From: Zancudomyces culisetae HAW-14-8
Taxonomy: Eukaryota; Fungi; Kickxellomycota
Length of the DNA stretch: 64,000 nt
NCBI GenBank assembly: GCA_052426225.1
Contig: JBNJNM010000009.1
Location: forward strand, 620,001 to 684,000
Direction of reading: 5' to 3'
This document shows, in pieces, positions 1-12,543 of the stretch (position 1 is the first letter of the stretch; each line of letters starts with the position of its first letter). The notes under the pieces were generated by a model. It was not told the origin of the DNA. It saw only the letters and a list, made by a program, of their open reading frames with translations, and did not search any database. Made by a program: the position numbers and the translations under genes.

Positions 1-28
1 TTGCGCGCTTCCTCTGCGCTATGATGCT
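1..28 (-). tRNA. 5' part of a probable initiator tRNA-Met, truncated by the window edge
   Basis: The minus strand from 28 reads AGCATCA-TA-GCGC-AGAGGAA-GCGC-G-CAA. It has A1, a GCGC/GCGC D-stem and a short D-loop like eukaryotic tRNAiMet (yeast AGCGCCGTGGCGCAGTGGAAGCGCGCAGGG). The anticodon lies outside the window. Confidence 0.7.
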
Positions 29-29
29 T

Positions 30-101
30 TTCCGCAACGGGGAATCGAACCCCGGCCACGACGGTGAGAGCGTCGGATCCTAGCCACTAGACCATTGCGG
101 A
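30..101 (-). tRNA. tRNA-Glu (anticodon CTC)
   Basis: 72 nt. Acceptor stem TCCGCAA/TTGCGGA, anticodon arm CGACG-CT-CTC-AC-CGTCG, T-arm GGTTCGATTCC. Confidence 0.97.
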
Positions 102-457
102 TGTAGTTTGTCGTAATAATCATAATTCGTGTAACCATGATTATTAAGTTCATCATGTGTCATACCAGTTCGGGTATGACCACTTGATGAAGATGCACCA
201 CTACCCCGTAGTGTGATGTGCATATTAGGGTGCTCGGGTGAGCTGTTTCCCCTATACAATGTCGGTGAGATACTGCTCACGGACATTGGTTCTGGGCTCC
301 TACGGATTTGGAGTTGACGGACACTTTCTGTCAACTCCCCAAGAGTCCGAGGACTTAAAACCCCAGTCTCTTGGTCCATGCTACTAGCCGTGCTCAGGCT
401 GGAGCTAGTTTCAGAATCCCTCTTGGATTTGCTCTTGGTATAAAAGAAATAGTTCAT
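80..457 (-). CDS. LTR-encoded Ser-rich small protein, copy 1; about 116 codons inside the LTR, then read-through into the tRNA
   Basis: Clear homologue of ORF 12707-13120 with mostly synonymous differences in the core. GC-richer than the surrounding LTR. The stop at 80 lies inside tRNA-Glu and is therefore incidental. Confidence 0.7.
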   Translation of the reverse strand: MNYFFYTKSKSKRDSETSSSLSTASSMDQETGVLSPRTLGELTESVRQLQIRRSPEPMSVSSISPTLYRGNSSPEHPNMHITLRGSGASSSSGHTRTGMTHDELNNHGYTNYDYYDKLHPQWSSG

Positions 458-954
458 GATGTTTGGTTATTTATTATATGTATATACTTTTAAAGTTTGT
501 TTTATTGAGTTTATTAACTATACTATTTAATCCGTAAAGTAGGACATGGATAAAGTTACCTAATAGACTACTCTATCAATTATATATATGATTAAAAACT
601 TAAATGCTAACCTAGTTTTTCAATATAATAAATTAACTATAAACTATTATTATGCTGTTAAGTATGCTAATAGTTTTGTTCCATAATTGCAGCATACGTG
701 CAATTAAGATTATGTGTGGGAACACATAATCATTAAAATTATTTGATGTTCAGTATGAAAACATATTTCGTACTAGAATCATCATTATTGAATGGACTCA
801 GCATGTAGAATTTATTTCATGCTGAGTCGAAATTAATTTGAACAAATATTTAAACGACAATAAAAATTATAAAAATTGGCATTCCGCAATGAGTGTACAA
901 CAAAATTTCTTGTACACTATTCGATTTTGCATTACAATTCGGCTTATTGCGACA
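109..954 (-). mobile_element. Solo-LTR-like unit U1 (846 bp) carrying a small ORF
   Basis: Termini TGTCGTAAT...ATTGCGACA are imperfect inverted ends. Exact 4-bp duplication AGTT at 105-108 and 955-958. Homologous to the unit starting at 12763. Confidence 0.85.
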
Positions 955-958
955 AGTT

Positions 959-1355
959 TGATATAGCTTTCTAAATATATGTTTAAAAATAGACTATTAG
1001 CTAAACTATTATTTAATACTTATTAATTATAACAAAATCTTTAAATATTGTTTAGATAATACTGTGTTAATTTTAATAAAAGATTGGTGTCGTTACCATT
1101 TTGGATACTAAATCCTTCTTTTTATATTGAAATGACTATAAACATAAATGTTGTATAAAAGTATTCTAAAGTATAAAATATTCTCGATATTAGAAAAAGT
1201 CTAAAAACTAATTCGAGATTCCTAGTAATAAAAACTTATATTAAATATATAATTAAACGTTATCTAGAAAGTAATTAATAAAGTTTTAATAATTTGATAA
1301 TAATTGTTGTATTAACTCAATTCTAGATGAGGTGTACTTCTCTAAAAATATATCA
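959..1355. mobile_element. Solo-LTR-like unit U2
   Basis: TGATATA...TATATCA inverted termini, flanks AGTT / TGTT (3 of 4 match), AT-rich. Confidence 0.65.
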
Positions 1356-1360
1356 TGTTT

Positions 1361-1823
1361 TGTTAGCGAAACACAGGTTTACATCACAATATTGTTTATT
1401 ATATATTTATTTTGATAGATATACTATACTAAGTACTATGTTTAATATTGATTTCACTATAGTAACTATGCTAAAACAAATAGACCAAATTTAAATAAAC
1501 TATATTTATTTGATGATGTAATACTAAATGATTATCTAGCCATATTTATACATTTTAAAAATGACTATTACAATATTCTGAAATAATTTTATACAAATTA
1601 ATAAAATAATCCTATAAAATATATATTAAATTGAACTAGTGTGTTGCTGTAGAAAAAATCCAGAATGATAAAAAAAACTAGGCAACACATAATATAATAA
1701 ATAACCTATACTAAATAATATCTTATATTAAATGATAAACTAAATATTAATATAAAAGTATATGAATAACTGGTAAGTTAAAATTATATAATGACTAGAG
1801 GTAGCTCTAGCCACTATATAACA
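1361..1823 (-). repeat. 3' LTR of E1
   Basis: Direct repeat of 6294-6753, preceded on the minus strand by GGGAGGGCGTAC. Confidence 0.95.
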
Positions 1824-1835
1824 GTACGCCCTCCC

Positions 1836-4800
1836 TTAAGCGTGGATGCCCTCATCCCGCTCTCGATTTTTAAACCATTTTAATTTTGATTTGAGTGTTG
1901 TAGTCACTTCGGGGATCATGTTTGTACTTGAAATATACTTCTTCAGCATGTCGCCATTGACCAACTCTCGATTTCCGTTGAGGTCAAATATTATATAAGC
2001 CCCTTTGTTCAGTGCTCTTTCAACTTCATATGGACCTTCCCAATAGCTTTCGAATTTCGCTCGTTCCATTTCGACTCTTTTCAAAACTTTATCACCTATC
2101 TTAAATTTGTAAATTCGAACATCTTGATTATACCGTTTTTCCATATTTTTTTTAGCAATCACTGAATTTCGAAATGCTAAATTCCGTAATTCGGGCAAGT
2201 CGGTTTCGAAACACTTAACTCGACTCAATACATTCTCTTCGAAGTTTTCAATCTTACCGTTATATGTCCATGTGCTCGATAAATCTATTTTTATTCCATA
2301 CATTAGCTCAGAGGGTATTAGTCCTGTAGATTTATTTTTTAAGGTCCTAATTACTAATATGGTTTTCCAAATATATCTATCCCAGTTTTCTTTATAATAT
2401 TTGCATTGTTTAGTTAGTATGTTTACAAGTGTTCTATTTAGTCTTTCGACTTGGCCGTTACTTTGAGGCCGATATGAAGTCGTTGGTCTATGTTTTAATC
2501 CTAACCATTCAAAAACGTTTGTCGTACTATCCGAAACAAAGCTTGACCCTCTATCGCTAATAATTTGTTGCGGTACCCCGTAATTTGCGACAATTTCATT
2601 GATAATAAAATTAATTACTGTTTCACTTAGTAGATTTTTTACAGGAATGGCGATTGGCCATTTTGTAAAATAATCTACAGCAGTTAGAATGTACCTATTT
2701 TCATTTTTAGAAATTGGAGCGATTGGACCAATTGCGTCGATTCCAAAAATTTGAAATGGTTTACTTGTAAAAATCGGATAAAGTTCATTGTTTTTCGTTT
2801 TTCCACCCTTATGTAATTGACAAATATGACACGATTTAACAATTTCTATAACATCATTATACAAATTTTTTCCAGTATATTTTTCAGTGACACGCCTCCA
2901 AGTGTTTTCAATACCCTCGTGTCCTTCGTTATAAATATTTGAAATTATTTCTTTAAAATTTCGTTCATGTAAAACTTCCTTAAAAACTTTTTTTACTTTT
3001 TTAAATAATTTTCCATCCTTTAAATAATATTGTCTAGCTCGATTTCGAATCTTTTCACGGTTTTTTACTTCTGCACCTTTAGGATATTGCATTGTTGATA
3101 AGTATTGTAACACATCTACATATTCAATTATATCCATAGAACAAACATCCAATACAATATTATATTCATTATTTTCCACAGGCATGTTCCTAGATAACAT
3201 GTCTGCAGGATTCAATTTTCCTGGCAAATCTTCTATTTCATAATCATAACACCTTAGAATCATTGCCCATCGTGCAATTCGCCCAGTCAATTCAGTTCCA
3301 TTAAAGATTTGCAACAGAGACTTATGGTCAGTTTTTATTCTAAATTTTCTCCCCCATAAATAATATTTAAATTTCTTAACGGACCATACCACCGCTAAAG
3401 CCTCAAGATGGCTTATAGAATAATTTTGCTCAGCTTTATTTGTCGAACGGCTAGCATATTCAATAACTCTTTCTTCACCTTGAACTACTTGCGACAACAC
3501 CGCACCTATGCCTATTACTGAGGCATCAGTTGTCAATACAAACTCTTCATTCCAATCTGGGAAGCCTAATATTGGAGCAGTAACTAATTTTTCCTTTAAT
3601 TCACAAATAGCATCTTCATGTTCTTGGTCCCAACTCCATTTACAATTCTTGCGCAGTAGTTTGTTCAAAGGTGAGGTAATCTTAGAATAACCTTCTATAT
3701 ATTTTCTGTAGTACCCTGTTAAACCCAGGATGGATTGTAGTTCTTTAACAGATTTTGGTGACTTAATATTTTTGATTGCTTCAATTTTCTTAGGGCTTGT
3801 ACCAACACCTCTTTCTGATATCACATGTCCAATATATTCCAGTTTATGTTGTCCGATTACACATTTGTCTTTATGGAGTTGTACATTATGCTTTCTCAAT
3901 AAATTGAATACTTCAACTAAATCCTTTAAATGTTGTTCTTTATTTTGTGAATATATTATTATATCATCAACGAATACTATGGCTTTTTTCCAGAGAACTT
4001 CCTTTAGTACAATCTCCATAGCTCTCTGAAATGTAGCTGGACTATTAGTAAGTCCGAAGGGCATGACATTATATCGGTAAGTACCAGACCCTGGAATTGC
4101 AAAAGCTGTTTTATCTTTATCATCTTCTTTCATTTTAATTTGCCAGAAGCCGCTTAAAGCGTCTAATGACGTGAATATTGTTGAACCAGACAAAGACATA
4201 AATATATCATCGATTACTGGAAGTGGATACGAGTCTTTACGAGTAACTGAATTTAATCTTCTATAATCTGCACAAATTCTTAGATTCCCATTTTTCTTCA
4301 CAACCACGACAACCGGCGCACACCATTCCGAGATACAGGGCGAAATTACTCCTTTCTTCTCCATTTCTTCTAGTTCTTTGCGCACTCTTACTTGTGTTTG
4401 TTGCGGCATACGATACGGTCGAAGTTTTATAGGTTTGTCATCTGTTAAGTCAATTTTATGTTCTATGACATTAGTCTGTGTTAACTCAGTTATATCGTTT
4501 ACAAATATATCCTTGAAATCTTTGACTATATTTTTGAATTCTGTATCATACTCTGTTTCATACATTTGTACATCTTCCTTCAGTAAAAGATATATTTCTT
4601 TTTCTGATGTATAATTGCCTTTTTTATTATGAGTTGCCAGTTTAGTAGTTATCTCTGCGTGGTCAATAGGTAAACGCATTTCAGGTATAGCAAGATTTAA
4701 TGAAACTCTATGTTCGAGCAGCCAGTCCGTACCTAGAATAAGAATATCCTCATTACGATCCATAACCCACAAGTTTGCTGGGAAACTAAAAGATGATATC

Positions 4801-6215
4801 TTTAACGGCACTTCGCTTACTCTTCCTATTGTGGTATGACGCTTACCATCAGCAGTGACGATAACTTGTTTATTAAAATTATCAGGGCATAAACCCCATT
4901 CTTCTACTAAGTTTGTGGTAACCACGGAGCATGCCGCACCCGAATCAACAACAGCCCACAAACTTTGTCCAAACACTTTTACTAAAGTTTTGCAATTAGA
5001 TAATTTCCTTTCTTCAACATCAAACTCGTTTACCTCTGATGGTTTTTTATTTTGAATATATTTAACTAACTCCTCCTTCATTGAAGTAGAATTATCTAGC
5101 AACTGCAACACATTTACTTTGAGTGATATTTTTTCTAACTCTTCAACTAAGGAAAATGGTTTAGATGAATTAATATTTCCAGTTTCGGATGATGTAATTG
5201 TAGCTGAGATAGAGTTATCCTTTCTAATACTAGATTGACGGTTAACTTGTGATGGATCTAGTTCTTGAAGTCTCGGTCTACCAACCCTTTTTGGAACTTC
5301 GTTTTCATTTTCTGGGTTATTTTTTCTTTTATCGACAGCGAATACCTCATTTGGTTCTTCAGTAGTATCATCTGAAATTTGGATAAAATTTATACTTTTT
5401 TCCGACTCTTTATTAACTGTATTTGGATTATTTTTTCCCTCAAGTTGAGGGCATTGATATTTAAAATGACCTTCCTTTTGACAGTGGTAACAAACGAGCT
5501 TTCTAGGACCAAAGTATCTAGGTTTGTTAAAATCTACTTCTTTTAATCTCTTGTCAACAACCTCATCCACCTTATTTAGAAGATTGACACTAAGTTCGTC
5601 AAACATCTTTAAAAACTGACCAAAAGGTTTTTGATCTTTGACAACTTCTTTGACATTTTTTCCACTTTTACTAGCCGCGTTACGACTATATTCCCTGGGT
5701 TTTGAATCCATTTCCTTATTTGTAGACTTGTTATGACTAAGTGGTGATTTCTTTTCTTCTTTTAACATACGTGTAATAATGTTACTCCATCCAGTTATGT
5801 TTTCATCCTCAAGAATTTTTTTATATTTAGGTTGTAAAGTACTCGTCAACCAATCTGTTCTTATCCCATCGCTGGTAATTTCTGCCGTATCAAGCAGTGA
5901 CTCAAGCTCAAGCTCCAGCTCCTCGATAGTATCAAACCCAATTTGTTTAATTTCTCTGAGTCTATCCCATACTTGCGACTTTGACTTTTTAATTGCAAAA
6001 TTCTTCTTAAATAGTTCCACAAATATATCCCAACTGGAGAAATCAGATTTAAATTTCTTATATCAGATTTTTTCATTATTTCCAAGGTATAGCTTTACAA
6101 AGTCGATCCAATCTTCTTTACTCCATTTGTTCAACTTGGCCATAAGTCTGAATTCCTCGATCCATTCCTCAGGATCTGTAACAGTATTCGCCAAGAATAC
6201 TTTGGGTACATTCAT
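1836..6215 (-). pseudogene. Gag-Pol polyprotein of E1 (single frame, one in-frame TGA at 6063-6065)
   Basis: CCHC knuckle CYHCQKEGHFKYQC, protease VDSGA, RT FVDD, RNase H TDAS, integrase D-D-E core and GPY motif. ORFs 6063-6266 and 1836-6020 share a frame, and the TGA sits where sister elements have Trp (IWY/IWF). Confidence 0.9.
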
Positions 6216-6274
6216 CTTAATATGTAAATTCGTCGTAAAATTTATTACCAATAAATGGATAATCACAATTTACG

Positions 6275-6292
6275 ATCCTGTCGCTGACGCCA
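6275..6292 (-). other. Primer-binding site of E1 (tRNA-Ser-like)
   Basis: TGGCGTCAGCGACAGGAT is complementary to a tRNA 3' end ...TCCTGTCGCTGACGCCA, typical of tRNA-Ser. The identity is by recall. Confidence 0.75.
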
Positions 6293-6293
6293 C

Positions 6294-6753
6294 TGTTAGC
6301 GAAACACAGGTTTACTTCGCTATATTGTTTATTATATATTTATTTTGATAGATATACTATACTAAGTACTATGTTTAATATTGTTTTCACTATAGTAACT
6401 ATGCTAAAACAAATAGACCAAATTTAAATAAACTATATTTATTTGATAATGTAATACTAAATGATTATCTAGCCATATTTATACATTTTAAAAATGACTA
6501 TTACAATATTCTGAAATAATTTTATACTAATTAAATAAAAATCCTATAAAATATATATTAAATTAACTAGTGTGTTGCTGTAGAAAAAATCCAGAATGAT
6601 AAAAAAAACTAGGTAACACATAATATAATAAATAACCTATAATAAATAATATCTTATATTAAATGATAAACTAAATATTAATATAAAAGTATTGAATAAC
6701 TGGTAAGTTAAAATTATATAATGACTAGAGGTAGCTCTAGCCACTATATAACA
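6294..6753 (-). repeat. 5' LTR of E1
   Basis: Direct repeat of 1361-1823, followed on the minus strand by G + TGG PBS. Confidence 0.95.
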
Positions 6754-6757
6754 TTTT

Positions 6758-7129
6758 TGTAATATAAATAGCTTTATTTATATATTTTAATGTTGTAGCA
6801 ATATAAACATTCTTCTATTTCTTAGTATTATCTTAAACTAAATACTCTTTAAGCCTAGAAGCCTTATTAGATATATTGTGTGTTAGAATCATTTATTTCT
6901 AATAATTAAACTGAAAAAATCTGATAGTAAAACTCTCACAAAAACATACCAAACCTATATAAACATACTATGATAAAATTTTAAGTGGATACAATTATTA
7001 CTGTTTACCACTTACGTAATTTTATACAATAAAAACTAAATATATTTTAAACATTTAATTAACTAGAAAAATTTCACTAAACAACTAAATAAAAATAAAC
7101 ATATTAGAAAATAAAGGTACTATATGACA
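6758..7129 (-). repeat. 3' LTR of E2
   Basis: Direct repeat of 11479-11849. Confidence 0.93.
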
Positions 7130-7141
7130 GCACCCCCCCTC

Positions 7142-10100
7142 TCAACCGAAAATGTCCTCATTTTGTCGAACTTGTTTATAGGTATGCAACTTGGGCCTGA
7201 GACGACTGGTAATTTCAGGAATCATAAACTTCGATTCATAATATAGCTTTAGTAAATCTCCATTTACTAAATCACGATTCCCGAGATGATCTGAAATGAG
7301 GTAAGCACCCTTCGTGAAACGTTTAAGAATAGTAAAAGGCCCTTCCCATAGATTTTCCAACTTACCACGCTCGTACTCAACTAATTTTAATACCTTATCA
7401 CCAACTTGAAATTTAGTAGATTTAACTGATTTATTATACCTTACTTTCTCTGCTTCTTTAGCTGCAACGGCTTTTTGAACTCCAATCTTTCTCAACTGCG
7501 GTAAGTTACTTTGCATCAATTTTAACCTACTTTCAATCTGTTCTACTTCATTCTCGATGATACCGTTCGTTTGCCAAGTCGAAGGTATTAACATGTCCGT
7601 ACCGTACATCATTTCTGCTGGTGTGTAACCTGTACTCTTACTCTGCATAGTCCTCATAATCAACAAAACCTTCCACAAGTATCGGTCCCAGTTGCCCTTG
7701 TCCTTGCGGCTGATTTTTTGAAGTAAGTTCATCAATGTTTTATTCAACCTCTTAACCTGTCCGTTACTTTGCGGACGGTATGAAGTTGTTGGACTGTAAT
7801 TAATCTTTAGCCATTCAAATACTTCAGTTGTTATGTTGCTAACAAAACTAGATCCCCTGTCCGTTATGATCTTCTGGGGTACTCCATAGTACGTAACAAT
7901 ATTATTAATAACAAAATCCACTATTGTCTCACTGAGTAGGTTGTCGACGGGAATGGCGATAAGCCATTTAGTACAATAGTTAATCGCTGTTAGGATATAA
8001 CGGTTTCCCGATTCTGATACTGGGTTGATAGGACCAATTGTGTCCATACCCAGAACTTCAAACGGCTTCACTGCATGAATCGGCTCCAAAGGATGTTTTC
8101 TGCTTCGCCCATCCTTGAACACCTGGCAGGTGTGACACCGCTTCACATAGTCCGTTACCTGCTTGTATAAACCTCTACATACGTGTTCGCTACTTACTCT
8201 TATCCAGGTATTCTCTATTCTTTTGTGTGTTTCGTCGTGCACACTCCTTATTAATTCCAAACGTTCGACTTCTGAAATAACTTTTTTAAGCTTTCCTTTG
8301 ACCCACTTGTAAATTATTCCATCCTTCAATAAATACGATTTTGCTTTCTTGATTATTTTTAGAATATCTTCTTCATTCAAGTCCTTAGGCAGCGCACCTT
8401 CTACTAAAAATTGTTTCACTAAATCGTCTTCGTTATACTTCATAGTAAATACCTCGACTGAATCTTCTTCCTGCCCCTGTGAAACTCCGTTTCTTGACAA
8501 ATGGTCGGCTGGGTTAATCTTTGCTGCTATATGTACTATTTCAAACTCGTAGTTTCTTAAGAACATTGCCCATCTGGCGAGTCTACCACTTAATTCTGTC
8601 CCGTTAAACATATTTAAAAGTGCTTTATGATCTGTTTTTATAGTAATTTTTCTACCATATAAATAAAACTTAAACTTTTTAACTGCCCATATGACCGCCA
8701 AACCCTCTAAGTGACTTATAGAGTAGTTTCTCTCCGCCTTGTTTGTCGTGCGACTTGCAAACTCTACTGGTCTTTCTTTACCATCTATTACTTGAGATAA
8801 TATAGCCCCTACTCCACTAACTGCAGCGTCGGTCGTAACTATAAACGGGTGGTCCCAATCTGGATGCGCGAGTATAGGAGCCTCTGTCATCACTTTTTTC
8901 ATTTTCTGAAAGGCTTCTTCTTGCTGTGACCCCCAATTCCATTTAACTCCTTTCTTTAACAACTGTGTTAACGGACCTGCCAAAACTGCATATCGTTCTA
9001 TAAATTTTCTATAATAGCCAGTCATACCTAAAAATGACTGCACTTCCTTAACGCTAGATGGTGGTCTCATTTTAGTTATTGCCTCAATCTTGTCTGTACT
9101 TGTAGCAATCCCCTTACCAGAAATTACATGACCTAAGTAATCTATTTCTGTTAGTCCTATCTTGCATTTATCCTTATGTAATTGTATTTTTCCTTCTTCT
9201 AAAAGCCCTAATATCTCTCTTAAATCCTGTTCGTGACACTCAAGACTTTTTGAAAAGACAATAATATCGTCCACAAAAACCACAGCTTTCTTCCACAACA
9301 CTTTTTTAAGAACCGTTTCCATTGTACGCTGAAATGTTGAGGGGCTATTCGTCAACCCAAAAGGCATGACATTATATTAATAGCATCCTCCTCCTGGCAA
9401 TGCAAATGTAGTTTTTTCTTTATCGTCTTCAGCCATTTTAACTTGCCAAAAACCGCTGAGCGCATCTAAAGTTGTAAAGATGCACGCACCGGCTAAGGCC
9501 ATAAACAAATCTTGAATTATCGGCAACGGGTACGAATCTTTAATTGTTACCGCGTTGAGTTTTCGATAATCAGCGCATATGCGCAACTTACCATTTTTTT
9601 TCTGAACCACTACAACCGGAGAGCACCATTCCGCGTTGCTGGGCGCTATAACATTTTGAGCCAACATTCTATCAATTTCTTTACCCACCTCCTCTTGTAA
9701 ACGGAAAGGAATCCTATATGGACGCTGCTTTATAGGTCTGTTTTCTGTGAGTAAAATCTTGTGTTCTGTCACGTCCGTTTGCTTTAGCTGATCAATATCT
9801 TCTACAAATAATTTTTCATAATCTTGTAAAACTGCTTTTAACCCACTAGATAATTCTCCCTGTATACCAACCGGCGCTTCTGTGACTAGGTATAAATCCC
9901 ATTCTTCCCGTGGCTTGGCACTTTCTTTAGTTGTTACCAACTGCGTAACAACCTCAGCCCGATCAACTGGAAGTCTTAATTCAGGTATTGCTAGATTTAT
10001 ACTTGCTTTATGTTTCAAAAGCCAGTCCATACCCAATATAATAGTTGGTATCGCGTTGCCTAGTACTACCAACGAAGCCTTAAACTCTATCCTGCTTATC

Positions 10101-11437
10101 ATAATAGGAACTTCAGTAACCACACCTAGAGTTTCATGTCTTTTACCGTCTGCAGTGATAATAACATGTGAGCTCTTATGGTTTGGTTCCAATCCAATCT
10201 TATTCAGCGCACCCGTGGTTATCACTGAACAAGCTGCACCGGTGTCCACCACCGCCTTCCATTGTAACTGATAAATTTCCACCGTCATACTACAGTTTGT
10301 AGTAGTTTTCTCCTGTAACCTAATCTCATTAATCGCTGCCCTAGGTGCTACTTCAGCTATATTTCTCCAATCCTCAGCAATTTTTTCTGAATTTTGTAAC
10401 AGCTGAATCATACTAATCTTAGGGTAAACTTTTTCTAACTCCTCTCTTAAATTAAAACTTTTATTTTTTTCAACGCTTGGCACGCCAGGGCGGTTTACCT
10501 TTTCAATACGAGCTCCACTATCCTCCTGTTCACTAGTATTGCGAGATTTCACAGGTCTTCCTACCCTCACCAATTGTTCATCTGCCTTTCTCTTTTCCAC
10601 CATAAGAACTTCATCAGATTCCAGTACTTCTTTATCCACTGATATATAATTCACCTTTTTATCTGAACTCTCTGACTTCAGTTGAGGACACTCGAATCTC
10701 CTATGCCCTTTTGCATGGCAATATTAACACTCCCACGTGTTTGGGCGCTCGACTTTAGCGCTACTTCTTGACGTGATATTCGCCACTACTGTCTTGTCTA
10801 ACTTTTCTAAGAGACTAACACTAAGGTCTTGAAACGTTCTTAGGAATTCACCAAACTGTGCGGATTCTGTTGTAAGATCTTTTACAGATTTTCCTGCTCT
10901 AGAAGCGGCATTCTTAGTTGATGCCTTAGTAGGCTTCCCAGATTGCTGAACAGCATTCTTGATACTACTTCCTTGCTCCAGCTTAGTAACCAACTGAATC
11001 ACTTGCTCCAATGTCAAATCGTCCCTGTCTGCCAGCTTTTCTCGAATATCATCCGAAAAAGTGCTAATAAGTGAACCCAACTTGGTCACTTCTTCCTTAA
11101 TACCTACCTGATTTCATAACTTTTCTAGTTCCATCTCCAACTCGTCTAGACTACCGAAATCTGTTCGCTTGATGGTCCCTAGTCTACTCCAGGCTCTACT
11201 AGTAGTTAAAACAGAACTAAACTTTTTAGTAAACTCCTTTGAGAATGCCTCCCAATTAGTGAAACTCTTCTTATTCCGCTTGTACCAGATAGTTTCAGAC
11301 TTCCTAAGCCACAGATTAACTAATCCTACCCAATCTGCATGATTCCACTTGTTAATTTTCGCAATGAGCTGGAAATCTTCTAACCAGTCTTCGGCACTAG
11401 TACCATTTCCACTCTCAAAGATTGTAACTTTATCCAT
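7142..11437 (-). pseudogene. Gag-Pol polyprotein of E2 (single frame, three in-frame stops)
   Basis: ORFs 11114-11437, 10724-11089, 9377-10654 and 7142-9367 are all in one frame. Zn knuckle C*YCHAKGHRRFEC, VDTGA, FVDD, RNase H, integrase and GPF motif are present. Confidence 0.9.
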
Positions 11438-11456
11438 TTTTAATTAATATTATCCA

Positions 11457-11477
11457 CGATTCCGGCAGAAGGCACCA
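11457..11477 (-). other. Primer-binding site of E2 (tRNA-His-like)
   Basis: TGGTGCCTTCTGCCGGAATCG is complementary to ...CGATTCCGGCAGAAGGCACCA. The GGCACCA end is typical of tRNA-His. Confidence 0.7.
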
Positions 11478-11478
11478 C

Positions 11479-11849
11479 TGTCATATAAATAGCTTTATTT
11501 ATATATTTTAATGTTGTAGCAATATAACTATCTTCTATTACTTAGTATTATCTTATAACTAAATACTCTTTAAGCCTAGAAGCCTTATTAGATATATTGT
11601 GTGTTAGAATCATTTATTTCTAATAATTAAACTGAAAAAATCTGATAGAAAAACTCTCACAAAAACCTACCAAACCTATTTAAACATACTATGATAAAAT
11701 TCTAAGTGGATTCAATTTTGACTGTTTACCACTTACGTAATTTTATCCAATAAAAACTAAATAAATTTAAACATAAAATTAACTAGAAAAATTTCACTAA
11801 ACAACTAAATAAAAATAAACATATTAGAAAATAAGGGTACAATATGACA
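11479..11849 (-). repeat. 5' LTR of E2
   Basis: Direct repeat of 6758-7129. Confidence 0.93.
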
Positions 11850-11853
11850 TGTG

Positions 11854-12539
11854 TGTTGTAATTTTAGTTTGCAGAAAATTTCTCAGGAAATTTCCGCAAC
11901 TAAACCTACAAAAAGTTTTGCTAATATAGGGGGATTTTTACTGGAGAAAGTTATACTTTATTTAACCAGTCAACCCTACCTTTTTAGCTTATATTTAATT
12001 TAGTTTTATGTATTTATTACTGCAATGAATGCGATAAAACTGGGTAAAATTACGCCCAACTTCTAAAATTTGGTGTGCAAAACAATCAATTTTGGTAGAA
12101 AAATTAGACTCTGATACCTTTCTGATACCCTTTGAAAATTGTGTTACGCTTCACTATCTATGTATTTTTTTGGTTTTAGATAGGTTTTTGCTCAAATCAC
12201 AAATTTCAATTTTATATAGTAAAATATGGTATTTTAGAACTAATTTAAATTGTATTTAATGAATAACTTTAAAAAATATATATTTAAAACCACCAAACTT
12301 GTGGTGGAGTTATAAGTTATAACTAGTACCTGACTAGCTATTTTATTAGAACTTTATATAATAGAAACTTAAAATAAAACAATTAAAACTGAATATTTCT
12401 CCAACATTTGGGTAATTTAAACCCAAGAAATCCCAGATTTGTTGCTCGAACACCCGAGATAACCGTGGTTATTCGGTGTTTGAGAAGCTGTATGCTGTTC
12501 ATCCAATAGTTTAGCTTGGATGGAACTAAGCATACAACA
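11854..12539. mobile_element. Solo-LTR-like unit U3
   Basis: TGTTGTA...TACAACA inverted termini. Exact TSD TGTG at 11850-11853 and 12540-12543. Confidence 0.85.
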
Positions 12540-12543
12540 TGTG

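Larger units (their letters stand above)
1361..6753 (-). mobile_element. Ty3/Gypsy LTR retrotransposon E1 (full length, tRNA-Ser-type PBS)
   Basis: LTRs at 1361-1823 and 6294-6753 (TG...CA, about 97% identical by eye). PBS at 6275-6292, purine tract at 1824-1835, domain order PR-RT-RH-IN. Flanks GTTT/TTTT. Confidence 0.95.
6758..11849 (-). mobile_element. Ty3/Gypsy LTR retrotransposon E2 (full length, tRNA-His-type PBS)
   Basis: LTRs at 6758-7129 and 11479-11849 (about 95% identical by eye), PPT GAGAGGGGGGG, PBS at 11457-11477. The flanks TTTT/TGTG do not match. Confidence 0.95.

Noticed and set aside
109-1355. MITE / DNA-transposon interpretation of the short units
   Set aside because: The inverted termini are only 5-9 bp and match the LTR ends and 4-bp TSDs of the full elements. 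It is not formally excluded without parent elements.
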